Shown one piece after another: positions 51,251 to 62,654 of a stretch of DNA of 64,000 nt; position 1 is the stretch's first letter; the number at the start of each line of letters is the position of its first letter. A program made the position numbers and the translations under genes. The stretch is from Candidatus Marinacidobacterales bacterium (lineage in GTDB: Bacteria; Acidobacteriota; Vicinamibacteria; Marinacidobacterales; DATDRI01), in assembly GCA_965219415.1 (NCBI GenBank), contig CBDCNP010000001.1, positions 64,001 to 128,000 on the forward strand, in the 5' to 3' direction. The notes under the pieces were generated by a model. The model was given only the letters and a program-made list of their open reading frames with translations. It made no database searches and was not told where the DNA came from.

Positions 51251-51703
51251 ATGAACGCGCTCATGTCCGAAGATCAATCCCTTGAGAAGCCTATTGGTGT
51301 CTACTTAGCCACGTTTTATTTCGTGGTCTCTGGCTTTCTGGAGTCCATCCAGAAGTACAGAGAATGGGACACGCCGCTCATCTTGAATCCCCTCTCCGAG
51401 CACTCCGTCTGGCATCTCGCAACGCACGTCGCCATCTACCTAGTGGTGGCGTACCTGATCTGGCAGCTGACCTGGCTAGGGAGACTCGCGGGGTTGGTCT
51501 ACGGGTATCTGACCCTAGCCACCTATGCCGGTGCATTGATTCTGTACCTCAAGGGAACCCAGATGGTCTCAACCCCCCTCTTCCTAATCCTCGGCATCTA
51601 CCACGTAGTGGCCCTGGTTCCCCTGGTCGCCTTTTTGCAGCCGAAAAGCCAGAAAAAGCTTTTCCACGTAGGACTTCTGGAGATTCTCCTCCCCCCGGAT
51701 TGA
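51251..51703 (+). CDS. Hypothetical membrane protein (about 4 TM)
   Basis: Hydrophobic ORF; TATAAT just upstream. Confidence 0.7.
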   Translation: MNALMSEDQSLEKPIGVYLATFYFVVSGFLESIQKYREWDTPLILNPLSEHSVWHLATHVAIYLVVAYLIWQLTWLGRLAGLVYGYLTLATYAGALILYLKGTQMVSTPLFLILGIYHVVALVPLVAFLQPKSQKKLFHVGLLEILLPPD

Positions 51704-51868
51704 GCCAGGTCACCCCTCGAGAGGAGGGCGAATGCCCGGTTGGAGCCCAGGGGCGATTTCTGCTACCATTGCCCTTTCTACGCCGGCTCGCCATTATTGG
51801 CGTTGCTTCGTTAAGGGTCCCCAGCCCCCCCAAGGAACTTGCCGGCCTCTTGTACTTTGGAAGCGCGC

Positions 51869-52537
51869 ATGGAGAAGTTGCAGGATCGCGGGGATTTCTG
51901 GCAGAACCTCATCAGGCTCATCGAGCAAAGTAATTCATCAGATACCTGGAATTCTTGCTTTCAACGACTACTAGAGCACGACAAAGAGCCCTACTCTTCT
52001 ATCATCCGGCTGCTCACTCATCTCGAGTTCGAGGAGCAAGAGGCCCGTGGCCACTGGCACGGGATCGAGGCTCACCAGAAAGAGCTCGCCCGACAGCTAG
52101 CCCGGGACGTGGGCCTTCAGGTCACCGCACTCGACTACTTCTACAACCTTCACGACGAGCTCCATAATCCGAAGCTCATCGAGATCGGTTCGTACCTCGC
52201 TACCGAAAAGAATGCGGTCACCGACGGCCTCACTGGCCTCTACAACCGCCAGTTCTTCGACTCCAGCATGAGGCGCGAGATCAAGCGTGCCGACCGGTAC
52301 GGTCTGACCTTTTCGCTGGTCTTGCTGGACCTCGATAACTTCAAGCAGGTTAACGACCGTCACGGACACCGAGTCGGTGACGAAGCACTTTCCGCCTGCT
52401 CCGAGATCATTCAGGACAGCCTGCGTGAGATCGATGTCCCTTGCCGCTATGGCGGCGAAGAGTTCGCTCTCATCCTCCCCGAAACAGATCGGACCGGGGC
52501 TCAAAAGACCCCACTACCGGGAGCGCCGTTGGCTTGA
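51869..52537 (+). pseudogene. Diguanylate cyclase (GGDEF), C-terminally truncated
   Basis: DGLTGLYNR, DLDNFKQVND and RxxD + GGEEF; the terminal SIG/ADxALY elements are absent. Confidence 0.8.
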
Positions 52538-52562
52538 CACGGCCCAGGGAGATGGCTACACT
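52534..52562 (+). promoter_or_regulatory. Sigma70 promoter of tRNA-Met
   Basis: TTGACA-N17-TACACT. Confidence 0.8.
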
Positions 52563-52578
52563 ACATTCCTTCTGTTGA

Positions 52579-52655
<77 letters not shown>

Positions 52656-52906
52656 ACTTTCTTTCCGATCCCACCTATTCGAACTTCCCGAGAAAAAATC
52701 TTGCCCGGGCAAGTTTTTCGCGCGGGAGTCCTCGTCGAACGGCCACGCCAACTCCTCGTAACCGGAGTCCTCACGCGTCATTGGTTGCCGCAAGTGATCG
52801 TCAAACTCGGTCTGGACCGGCGTCTGATTTGTCCTGAGGTTGGCACCCACGCTCAATGACGCCAGAAGTACAGCATGGGAGAGCAGCGTTTCTGTGGACT
52901 CGTGTA

Positions 52907-55900
52907 CTAGTTGGTGGGGACGAGTCGCTTCAATTCCTCGAACCAGTTCAGGACGAGGATGAACTCCGTCGAGGAAGTCTCGTCGCTCCCGCTTTCCTTG
53001 ATCATCAGGAAGCGCTCGCCATCGGGGGAGACGTCGTAGGTGCGTCCGACTGCGCCTCCACCCGGCGCGTAGTACCCCCCGAAGACCTCCTCGGCGGCAC
53101 CGGGAGCGAAGCTAGGCTCGGTCTGAACACCGACCGCCATCAGTCTTCTGCCGGGAGTCAGATAGAACAACTCGCGGCCGTCCGGAGCCCACAGAGGCCG
53201 CGCACCACCGCCCCTTGAGATCAGCCACTGTCCATCCTCGACGTTCGGGAACGGCCGCACGTAGATCTCGTATTGGCCCGAGGCGTTCGACTCGTAGGCC
53301 AGCCACAGGCCGTCGGGAGAGATCTCCCCGTTCCGTTCTGAGAACTCAGTCGCCAGAAGGGGCTCCGGAGAGCCCTCGAGGGAAAGCACGACGAGGTCGT
53401 AGTCTTGCTCATCCATTTCGAGAAACACCAACTGCCTCCCGTCCGGGGTGAAGGCGTATGGAAATTGCTGGTTCTCGCTTTCGGTCAGTCGCTCGACCGC
53501 GCCCGTGCCGTCGGCCGCTTTCAAGTAAAGGTTCGGTGTTCCGTCACGGTCAGAGGCGAACGCCACCTGCCTCCCGTCCGGCGTCCAAACTGGGTTGAGG
53601 TCCTGGCCGGGAGCGAGCGTGAGCCGGGTCAGTGTCTCGTGGGCGAAGTCCCAAATCCAGATGTCGTGCTCCTGGTCGGGCAGAAAGACGGCGAGACGGC
53701 CCCCATCCGGAGAGATACGTGGGTACACATAGGCACGCGGCTCGGCTGCCAGTGCCTCTTCTCTTCCGTCCCGATCCACCCAGACAACTGTGCGGACCGC
53801 TAGAGCACTACCGGTCACATAGACCAAGGCACCGGTGTCCGAAACGCTGAACTGTGCGGCAGCCAGTACAGGAGCGGTCATGACGCCCTCGGCCATGGGT
53901 ACGGGACCGCCCGTCACCTCGAGCTTGTCCACATCAAACGGCACGGCCAAAAGCGTTCCATCCAAGACGTAGACCAGGTGCCCCGTGGGTACGTAGCGGG
54001 CGTCTTTGCCGCTTTCGATCAGAACCTTTCTCTCACCGGTCTCGAGAGAATGCACCACGATCTGGGCGTCGTCCCATCCCGAACCGTCCCCGAGGGTAAA
54101 GAGCACGGCTTTTTCGCCCGGCAAGACCTGCGGGCCATGGCCGACCTCTTCCGTTGTGTCCAGCGGGATGAGAACCTCGGGCGCGCCTCCATCGGCGGAC
54201 ACCTGCATGATGCCAGCCCCACGTTCCCCGAAAACAATGGTGTCGTCGGCTCCCCACCGAGCGCCCAGAACGCCCCCAAAACCTCCAGCGTCACATAGGC
54301 GCACGGATGCGCCACCGCTGATGGCGACCTTCTTGAGCTGGCGCTCTGCCGAGAATCCTACCCACTCACCGTCGGGAGAAAAGAAGGGACCTCGAGCATT
54401 CTCGGTGCCCCGGATGGGAGTCGCCTCCGTTTGGTCCATGGCACGGAGGTAGAGCTGCTGGTTGGCACTGTACACGAGGCGGGTGCCGTCCGAAGAGAAG
54501 AGCCACGGCGGGACGACCCGTACCCGTCAGCCCGACGCCCGAGGGCAACGGAAGCGAAGACCGTACGACGGGTCGTGGCGTTTCCGCAGGACGCGTCACT
54601 TGCCAAACCGCGACGCCAGTGACGACCACCGCGAGCAACAGCGACAGCCCCCAGGCGAGGTCACGGCTTCTCGGCCTTGCCCCCACCGGCGTGGACACGC
54701 CCGACTCTGAACCGACCTCGGCGATCCAGTTCAACTCACGCTCCACATCACCAGCACTCTGCCACCGCTCATCCGGGTCCTTGGCGAGACAAGTCCGGAC
54801 CACGTGATCCAGCAAAGGCGGCGTCATCGTTTGAAGCGTCGACATGGCCGGAGGCTCGTGCTCGAGAATCGCAGCGATGAGACTTGCCTGACTCTTTCCT
54901 TCGAACGCTCGGCGGCCCGTCACCATCTCGTAGAGCACGGAGCCAAAAGCAAAGATGTCCGTGCGGGCGTCGGCTTCCTTGCCCTCGAGTTGCTCGGGAG
55001 CCATGTACTGGAACGTGCCGAGGATAGAGCCTTCTTTCGTAAGCGGCTGCGCTTCAGTGGGCAACGCCGATAGACCAGCGGCATCCGTTTCCGCGACCGA
55101 CATCTTGGCAAGACCGAAGTCGAGAAGCTTTGCGCCGGACTTTGTCAACATGATGTTCCCGGGCTTCAAGTCCCGATGCACGACGCCTTGGCGGTGGGCT
55201 TTGTCGAGAGCGTCGGCGATTTCAATTCCGTACTGCAGAGCCTGGTCGAGAGGAAGAGCGCCTTTCTTCAATCGGTCGGCGAGGGTGTCTCCTTCAATGT
55301 GCTCCATGACCATGAAGTCGATGCCGTTCTCGCTGCCGATATCGTGAAGGGTGCATATGTTGGGATGGTTCAGGCTCGAGACAGCGCGGCTTCCCGCTCG
55401 AATCTCTGGCGGACTTCGGGATGGCTGGCTACGTGAGAGGGAAGGACTTTGATGGCGACGGTGCGGTCGAGCCGAGTGTCTTTGGCTTTGTAGACCTCAC
55501 CCATACCACCTGCACCGAGAGGTGTCAGAATGGGCTTGATCCAGTTTCGTGGACACTTTCTGAAAGGCGGATACGATGTCCACAATGGCAAAGACAACGC
55601 AGCCCCGGCGACCCCGCCGGGAGTTTGATGACGAGTTTAAGGCAGGCGCGGTCCGGCTGGTGCTTGATGAAGGCCAGAGCGTGGGTCGGGTGGCCCGGGA
55701 GCTTGACCTCACCGAATCGGCGTTTCGCAACTGGGTCCGTCAGGCCCGGGCCGATCGGACGAAGGGCCGGACGGGCTTGACGGGCGTGGAACGCGAGGAG
55801 CTTCGGCGGCTCCGCAAAGAGAATCGGCGGTTGCGGGTGGAGCGCGACGTTTTAAAAAAAGCCGCGGCCTTCTTCGCGAAGGAGAGCGAGTAAGATTCGC

Positions 55901-56830
55901 GTTCATCCAGGCGGAGAAGGCCACCGTACCGGTCGTTCACCTGTGTCAGATTCTCAACGTCTCTCGGAGTGGCTTTTATGCCTGGGTACGTCGGCCGCCG
56001 TCGGCCCACGCGCGCCGGGACCGCCAGTTGCGCGTGTTGATTCGTGCCTCCCATGAGGCGAGTCGCCGCACCTATGGGAGTCCGCGGATTTATCACGACC
56101 TGCACGAGCAGGGGTATCGAGTGAGTCGGAAGCGGGTGATTCGGTTGAAACAGGCAGAAGGCCTCATTGCTCGAGTACGCAAACGCTTCAAGCGCACGAC
56201 GGTAAGCGGTCATGGCCAGCCCGTCGCGGCCAATGTGCTCGGGCAAGACTTCGTCGCCGATGCGCCGAACCAACGGTGGGTCGGGGACACGACCGAGTTC
56301 GTGATCGGCAGCGGCGGGAAGCTTTATCTCGCGGCGCTCCTCGACCTCTACTCGCGATTCCTCGTTGGGTGGGCCGTAAGTGCTATTAACGACCGTCACC
56401 TGGTTATCAAGGCGTTGCGGATGGCACTGAAACGTCGCCAACCGGCCGCGGGGCTCTTGCATCACTCCGATCAGGGCAGTCCGTATGCCAGCAAAGACTA
56501 CCAACGTCTCCTTGAGACGCATGGCATGACCGGGAGCATGAGCCGACGGGGCAACTGCTACGACAACGCCGTCATCGAGAGCTGGTTCTCCACGGTCAAG
56601 CACGAGCTTGGGGAGCATTTCCTCAGTTGCGGCGAGGCCAAGATGGCCCTCTTCGACTTCATCGAGGTATTCTACAACCAGAGACGACGACACTCGACCC
56701 TCGGCCAGGTCAGTCCGGCCGAGTTTGAACGACGGATGAGGACTTCGCCAGCTTAACTAAACCGTCTACGAAACCGGATCAAGCCCAGAATCTCATAGGG
56801 ATCCAGCTTAGTGCCGGGATTGAGTGCCAT
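52907..56830 (-). pseudogene. Ser/Thr kinase + TM + TolB/PD40 beta-propeller, split by IS3 and frameshifted
   Basis: MALNPGTKLDPYEI|LTPLGAGGMG joins across the IS; HRDLKPGN, DFG and SPDG repeats; shifts near 55375 and 54490. Confidence 0.9.
55531..56787 (+). mobile_element. IS3-family element, 1257 bp, 3-bp target duplication GAA
   Basis: IRs TGGGCTTGATCCAGTTTCGT / ACGAAACCGGATCAAGCCCA; orfA 55576..55893, A7 slippery site, orfB to 56756 (WVGDTT, HHSDQG, DNAVIES). Confidence 0.95.
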
Positions 56831-56840
56831 CACATCAGAG

Positions 56841-56888
56841 CCCCTCACCCTACCCTCTCCCCAAAATGGGAGAGGGTATAAAGGAGGG
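56841..56888. repeat. REP-like hairpin CCCTCACCCTACCCTCTCCC...GGGAGAGGG
   Basis: Inverted repeat TACCCTCTCCC / GGGAGAGGGTA. Confidence 0.6.
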
Positions 56889-57115
56889 AAGCCGTCGTTA
56901 TTAAGCGTGAAAATAGCCCCGTACAGGGTGAAAAGTCAAAAGAGGACGACGGCCTTGGATTCAACGGCTCGGGAGGATCAACTTCCCTGCTGTGCGGGAA
57001 CTGTGCGGGAACTGGTGGCAACTCAGGGCTACTGAGAGCAAAAGAGAAAGAGGGAAAGCCGCGTTTTTGTTGCTGTACGTTGCTCTGGGTGGTCATACGT
57101 GGCTCCTCCATCCCC

Positions 57116-57239
57116 CTCATAACCCAAAGGTCGCCAGCCTTCGCGCACGGAGTGACCGAATCTTGCGCTACGGCCGGCAGGCAGGTTCCCGCCTTCGCTC
57201 ACGACTCTCATCGTGACGTGAGCTACGGTTGGCAAACCA
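57116..57239 (+). other. attR-like duplicated 3' half of tRNA-Met interrupted by two REP-like hairpins
   Basis: CTCATAACCCAAAGGTCGC is identical to 52611-52629; GCAGGTTC follows at 57181; inserts GCCTTCGC...GCTACGG. Confidence 0.75.
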
Positions 57240-57393
57240 TCCCTCCCGGGAAAAAACTCGCCCGGGCGAGGTTTCGCGAGATCTGGCGATATTCCGGCTC
57301 CTACATTCCTCCAACTTCTCGTGGAGGCCGCCTCTTTTCGTCGTCAAATTGGGCAATCTTCGTCATGAGCCCTCGCCGATGAGATTCACTCCC

Positions 57394-59977
57394 TCAATCT
57401 TCCATGGGGACGAGGCGCTGGAGTTCTTCGAAGAAGCCCTCGATGATGACGACGCGAAAGTCCTCACTGTTCTCGACCATCAGAAAACGCCCGTCGGGGG
57501 CGACATCGTAGCGCTGGTGCCCCTCGAGGTCGAGAGTGTAAGGGCCATCAAAAAGCTCCACCGGGGAACTGATGCGAAGTTCCTGGCCGGGCTCCACCGA
57601 CGCCATCATCACCTTGCTGCCCCTGCGAAAGAAGATCTCTCGGCCGTCCGACGACCAGATAGGCGAGAGACCGCCATCGAATCGACACGGGTATCTTGGG
57701 CCCCGGTCCCGGAAACGGCACTACGTAGACCTGGAACTCGCCGGTCTCGTCGCTCACGTACGCGAGCCAGTTGCCGTCTGGTGAGAACCGGGCTGTTCTC
57801 TCGTTGTCCGAGCCCTCGAGCAGACGCTGGGGCTCACCGTCCCGGGGAAGCACCCATACGTCAGAGGCGGCGTCGAAGTAGGCAAGGTACTCCCCGTCGG
57901 GCGTCCATGATGTCGGCACCGGGTCCACCACCGCGCCGCTTGCGAGCAGCGTCTCCTCCTCGGCAATGCCGTCGGCCATCAGTGCGACGATCGTGCCACT
58001 TTTGTGGTACGTCGCGCGCCTACCCTCAGAATCCCAGATTGGGAAGTGTGTGTCCCCCGACGCCACTAGGCTCCGACTCCCTCGAGCGAGGTCGCCGGAG
58101 TAGACGTCCTCGTCGATGTTGAGGAGCGCGTTCCTCCCGTCACTGGACAGATCGATGTGCGAGTAGTTGCGGCGTTCACCGGGGATGGGAGTGGACCGCC
58201 CGTTACGATCTACCCACACCAGCCGTGCGGTCCCGTCGCTCCGTTCAGCGACGTAGACCAGAGTCCCGTCGAGCGCGAGGCGCGGACCGTAGGCGATCCC
58301 GTTGAGGATGGAAACGGCCGCACCCCTCATCTCGAGACTGCGACGTCAAAAGGCACGGCCCAGAGTTCATCCTGCTGGCGGAAGAGAAGGTGGCCCGAGG
58401 GAGAGTAGAGCGGCATCCTACCCCGCAACGGAAGTTCTTTCCATGTCCCGGCGACGAGGTCGGCAACAGCCAGGCGCTCTTCTTCAGGGCCGAGGATCGT
58501 GAACAAAGCGTGGCGACCACTCGGAAGGTGCGTCGGAAGAACGTGGCCTACCGCGTCATCCTGCGTATGGGTTAAAGGCTGCGGGGCACCCCCATTCGCG
58601 GGGACCCTGCTCAGCCCGTGGACGGAGGAACCGATCAAGATGCTGCCGTCGGAGCCCCAGCTCAGCCCCGCCGCGAACCACGAAATCTCACAGACCGGGT
58701 CGGGCTGCCCGCCCTGTATGGAGACGGTTCGCAGCTCGCTCCCGGAAAAGTAGGCCAAGCGCTCGCCGTCGGGGGAAAAGGCGATATTCCATGGGCCGGC
58801 AGGCCCAGAGAGGGGCGAAGCCTCGAGGCTATCGAGAGGTCGCAGGTAGATGTCGACGCGGTTCTCGACTCGTCCCGCGTAAGCAAGATGCCTCCCTTGT
58901 GGGGAGATCGTGACCCGAAAATCCGTCCAGTTGGGCACCGTCTGCCAAGGCAGATCGAGCGCAAAGCGACGCAGTGTGCGATCACCCTTTGAAGGGTTCG
59001 GTCCCCACAACAAAAGCCCTAGCCGAAACGAGTCCCAACCCGGCCGCGAGGACCCAGGGCAGTGCTTGCCGGACTCGAGCGGGGGTCGACTTCTCGGTCA
59101 AGCCGCTCGCACCCTCGCCTTGCTCGGACGTCTCCTCGAGCTTGAGTCGTACGTCGCCGATATCGCGCAGGCGTCGGCGCCGGTCTTTCTCGAGGCATCG
59201 CCTCAAGACTCTTGTCGTGCTCTGAGGCGCATCGGCGGGCAATCGATGCCAGTCCGGCTCATTCTTCACGACCGCAGCGAGAATGTCGGTCACGGTGTCG
59301 CCGTCGAACGGCCTTCGACTCGTCAACGTCTCGTAGAGACAGCACCCGAATGCCCAGATATCGGTTCGCTTGTCGACCGCTCTGCCACGAGCCTGCTCCG
59401 GGCTCATGTAAGGCGCCGTGCCCATGATGGCGCCGAGCGCCGTCCCCTTCGTCAGCGTGGGAGACCGTGAAATGTCGTCTGCAGATTGGTCTTCGACCGC
59501 CAACGCTTTGGCGAGACCGAAATCGAGAATCTTGACGTCGCCGTCGGGAGTGATCTTGATGTTGGCTGGTTTCAAGTCGCGGTGTACGACGCCCTTCTCG
59601 TGCGCGGCCTCGAGTCCTGCGGCGATCTGGCGAAAGATGGATAACGCTTCTTCGATCGCTAACGGTCCCCTGGTGATGGCTTCGGCGAGCGTTTCACCTT
59701 CGACGAGCTCCATCACGAGAAAGCTCTGATCGCCCGACGACTCGAGGCCGTGGAGCGTGTCGACGTTCGGGTGATTCAGACTCGCGAGAAGCCGCGCTTT
59801 TCGCTCGAACCGGGAAAGCCGCTCGGCATCTTCGGCAAACTCAGGCGAGAGTACTTTGATGGCCATATCGCGGCCGAGCTTACCGTCTCTCGCCCTGTAA
59901 ACCTCTCCCATCCCGCCTTTGCCAATGGGATCGAGGATCTCGTAGAGACCTAGCTTCTGCCCGGCTTCGAGTGCCAT
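57394..59977 (-). pseudogene. Ser/Thr kinase + PD40 propeller, split into four frames
   Basis: GKGGMGEV, HRDLKPAN and DFG; SPDG repeats in ORFs 58327, 57548 and 57394. Confidence 0.88.
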
Positions 59978-59980
59978 CAG

Positions 59981-62644
59981 TCAGTTGGTGGGAACGAGCC
60001 GCTTCAATTCCTCGAACCAGTTCAGGACGACGTTGATCTGTGAGGCACCGCCCGTTGCCGACTCGACTGGCTGCAGCATTAGGAACCGCTGACCGTCCGG
60101 CCTGACATCGTAAAATGGGTAGCTGAAGCGGGTCGGCAAATACGGTCCTTCAAAAAGCATCTGAGGCTTTCCCGGCCTAAAGTCGGATTCTGCGTCCACT
60201 GCCACAGCCATCATGCTGCTCCCACTGCGGTAAAACATGCCTCCTTCGGGGTTCCAGACCACCTCGTGGCCTCCATTGGTCGAAATCTGCCACTTCGCAC
60301 CGGGGCCGGGATATGGCCGCACGTAAACCTCTCTCCGGCCCGACTCGTCCGAGGTATAGGCCATCCATTTCCCGTCCGGGGAAAACTTCGGTGCAGTTTC
60401 TTCGTAGCGTTCCTGCAGGAACGGGTGCGCCTCCCGATCCGCGAGATTCAGTACCCAGATGTCGCGCCCAGTCTCCGGGTTGGGTACGGTAAAGGCCAGC
60501 AGTTGCCCGTCCGGGGAAAACGACGCCGGGGGAGTTTGACGATCATTTGTCGTCAGCCGTTCCATGTCACCGCTGCCATCGGCCATTTGCCAGAACATGT
60601 TCAATGGGCCTTCACGGCTTGAAACGAACGCGATCCGCTGCGCGTCAGGCGACCAGACAGGAACAGTATTACGAACTCCCTCAAGAGTCAGTCGAGTAAG
60701 GGCGTCTCGGGAAACGTCATAAACCCAAACATGAAGCTCATTCTCTGCGATTCCGACGGCTACACGCTGACCGTCGGGAGAGATCTGAGGGTACTCGTAA
60801 AGCCGAGGGGGGGCGGGCAAGGACTCAGCCACACCCTGGCGATCCACCCAGACCAGTGTGCTCGCGAATTCCTCCACAGTGCCGGGAACATAGGCGAGTG
60901 TCCCCGTTCGGGAGAGGGCAAACTGCGCACCGCCACGGAGTGTACCGGGAGAACGAATACCTTCTATGACAGGCACCGGAAAACCAGAGATTTCCAGCCG
61001 ACCGGGATCAAATGGAACGGCCATCAAGGTTCCCGCCTGGTCATAGACCAGATGCCCCGTGGAAATGTAATGGGGGAACTTGCCCCGCTGCACGAGGAGC
61101 TTAGCCTCACGCGTATCGAGCCGCTGCACCATGATCGCCCCACCCAACACGAAGAGCACCGCTTGCCCTCCGGGCAGAATCTGCGGCCAGCTAGGAATGC
61201 CCTGGGCACTCGCATCCGAGGCCGTGAGGACCTCGGTCGTCCCGCCGTCTGCCGATACCCGAAGGAGGCCCAGAACACTGACCGCGCTGAAAATAATTCT
61301 GTCATCGGCTCCCCAACTTGCCCCCTGGGGACGTTCACTCGTCGAGGAGATGGTCACGACTGCTCCGCCGGTGATCGAAACCTTCTTCATTTCTCCTCCC
61401 GCAAAAAAGCCCACCCACCGCCCGTCGGAGGAAAAAAATGGGTTGTCACCGCCTTCAGTACCCAAAAGCCCCTCGTCTTCGAGGCTATTCATGGGACGTA
61501 GGTAGAGTCGCGGTGGATCGTTTCCCTTTTGCGCCGAGTAGACCATGTGGGAACCATCCGGTGAAAGAGCCAGGGGCGCGATGGTGGTCGGCGGAATTAC
61601 TTCGTCGGCTTGCAAGGCGACTACCGTGCGCGTAACCGGCAAGGACGGTACTGGCCAGAAATTCCATGCGGCAACGCTCGCAAAGATGGCTCCGACTCCA
61701 AGAGCGAGGGCCAACGGAATCGCACCTCGCCAGCTAGTACGGGACGAGACCCCTGCAGCGTCTCTTGCCACGCCTACTTCTGACCCACCGTCGGCAATCC
61801 ACCTCAATTCATCATGCAAATCCTTCGCGGATTGCCATCTTTCCTCTTGCGCTTTCGCCAGGCATTTCTTCACCACGCGGTCCAGAGCCGGGGGCGTCAT
61901 CGTCTGGACTTCAGTCATCGGTTCCGGCTCGGAGTTCATGATCGCGCCGATCAAACTGGCTTGACTCGTCCCTTCAAATGCCTTCCTCCCCGTCGCCATC
62001 TCATAGACCACGACACCAAAGGCGAAGAGGTCCGTCCTCGCATCGGCTTCCTTGCCTTCCAGCTGCTCAGGCGCCATGTACTGGAACGTGCCGAGAATTG
62101 AGCCTTCCTGAGTAAGAGGTTGTGCCTCAGTCGGCAACGCGGATAGCCCGTTGGCGCTCGTTGGGGTGGCCGACATCTTGGCGAGCCCAAAGTCTAGAAG
62201 TTTCGCCCCGGACTTCGTGAGCATGATGTTGCCGGGCTTCAAGTCTCGATGGACGACGCCTTGTCGGTGGGCTTTGTCCAGAGCGTCGGCGATTTGAATT
62301 CCGTACTGGAGAGCCTGTTCGAGGGGCAGGGCACCTTTCTTCAATCGATCGGCAAGGGTGTCTCCTTCGATGTGCTCCATGACCATGTAGTCAATGCCGT
62401 TCTCGCTGCCGATATCGTGGAGCGTACAGATGTGTGGATGGTTCAGGCTGGAGACGGCACGGGCTTCTCGCTCGAAACGCTCCCTTAGCTGCGCGTTATC
62501 CGAGAGGTGAGACGGAAGGACTTTGATGGCGACGGTGCGGTCGAGGCGAGTGTCTTTGGCCTTGTAGACTTCGCCCATGCCACCTGCACCGAGAGGTGCG
62601 AGGATTTCATAAGGACCCAGCTTGGCGCCGGTGGTTAATGACAT
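59981..62644 (-). CDS. Ser/Thr receptor kinase with TM and TolB/PD40 beta-propeller (intact)
   Basis: All Hanks motifs, one TM, repeated SPDG/WSPD and C-terminal VLNWFEELKRLVP. Confidence 0.94.
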   Translation of the reverse strand: MSLTTGAKLGPYEILAPLGAGGMGEVYKAKDTRLDRTVAIKVLPSHLSDNAQLRERFEREARAVSSLNHPHICTLHDIGSENGIDYMVMEHIEGDTLADRLKKGALPLEQALQYGIQIADALDKAHRQGVVHRDLKPGNIMLTKSGAKLLDFGLAKMSATPTSANGLSALPTEAQPLTQEGSILGTFQYMAPEQLEGKEADARTDLFAFGVVVYEMATGRKAFEGTSQASLIGAIMNSEPEPMTEVQTMTPPALDRVVKKCLAKAQEERWQSAKDLHDELRWIADGGSEVGVARDAAGVSSRTSWRGAIPLALALGVGAIFASVAAWNFWPVPSLPVTRTVVALQADEVIPPTTIAPLALSPDGSHMVYSAQKGNDPPRLYLRPMNSLEDEGLLGTEGGDNPFFSSDGRWVGFFAGGEMKKVSITGGAVVTISSTSERPQGASWGADDRIIFSAVSVLGLLRVSADGGTTEVLTASDASAQGIPSWPQILPGGQAVLFVLGGAIMVQRLDTREAKLLVQRGKFPHYISTGHLVYDQAGTLMAVPFDPGRLEISGFPVPVIEGIRSPGTLRGGAQFALSRTGTLAYVPGTVEEFASTLVWVDRQGVAESLPAPPRLYEYPQISPDGQRVAVGIAENELHVWVYDVSRDALTRLTLEGVRNTVPVWSPDAQRIAFVSSREGPLNMFWQMADGSGDMERLTTNDRQTPPASFSPDGQLLAFTVPNPETGRDIWVLNLADREAHPFLQERYEETAPKFSPDGKWMAYTSDESGRREVYVRPYPGPGAKWQISTNGGHEVVWNPEGGMFYRSGSSMMAVAVDAESDFRPGKPQMLFEGPYLPTRFSYPFYDVRPDGQRFLMLQPVESATGGASQINVVLNWFEELKRLVPTN

Positions 62645-62654
62645 GGCTAGCCCG

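Noticed and set aside
57116-57239. Second functional or intron-containing tRNA-Met
   Set aside because: The 5' half is absent and the 3' T-stem/acceptor strand is missing.
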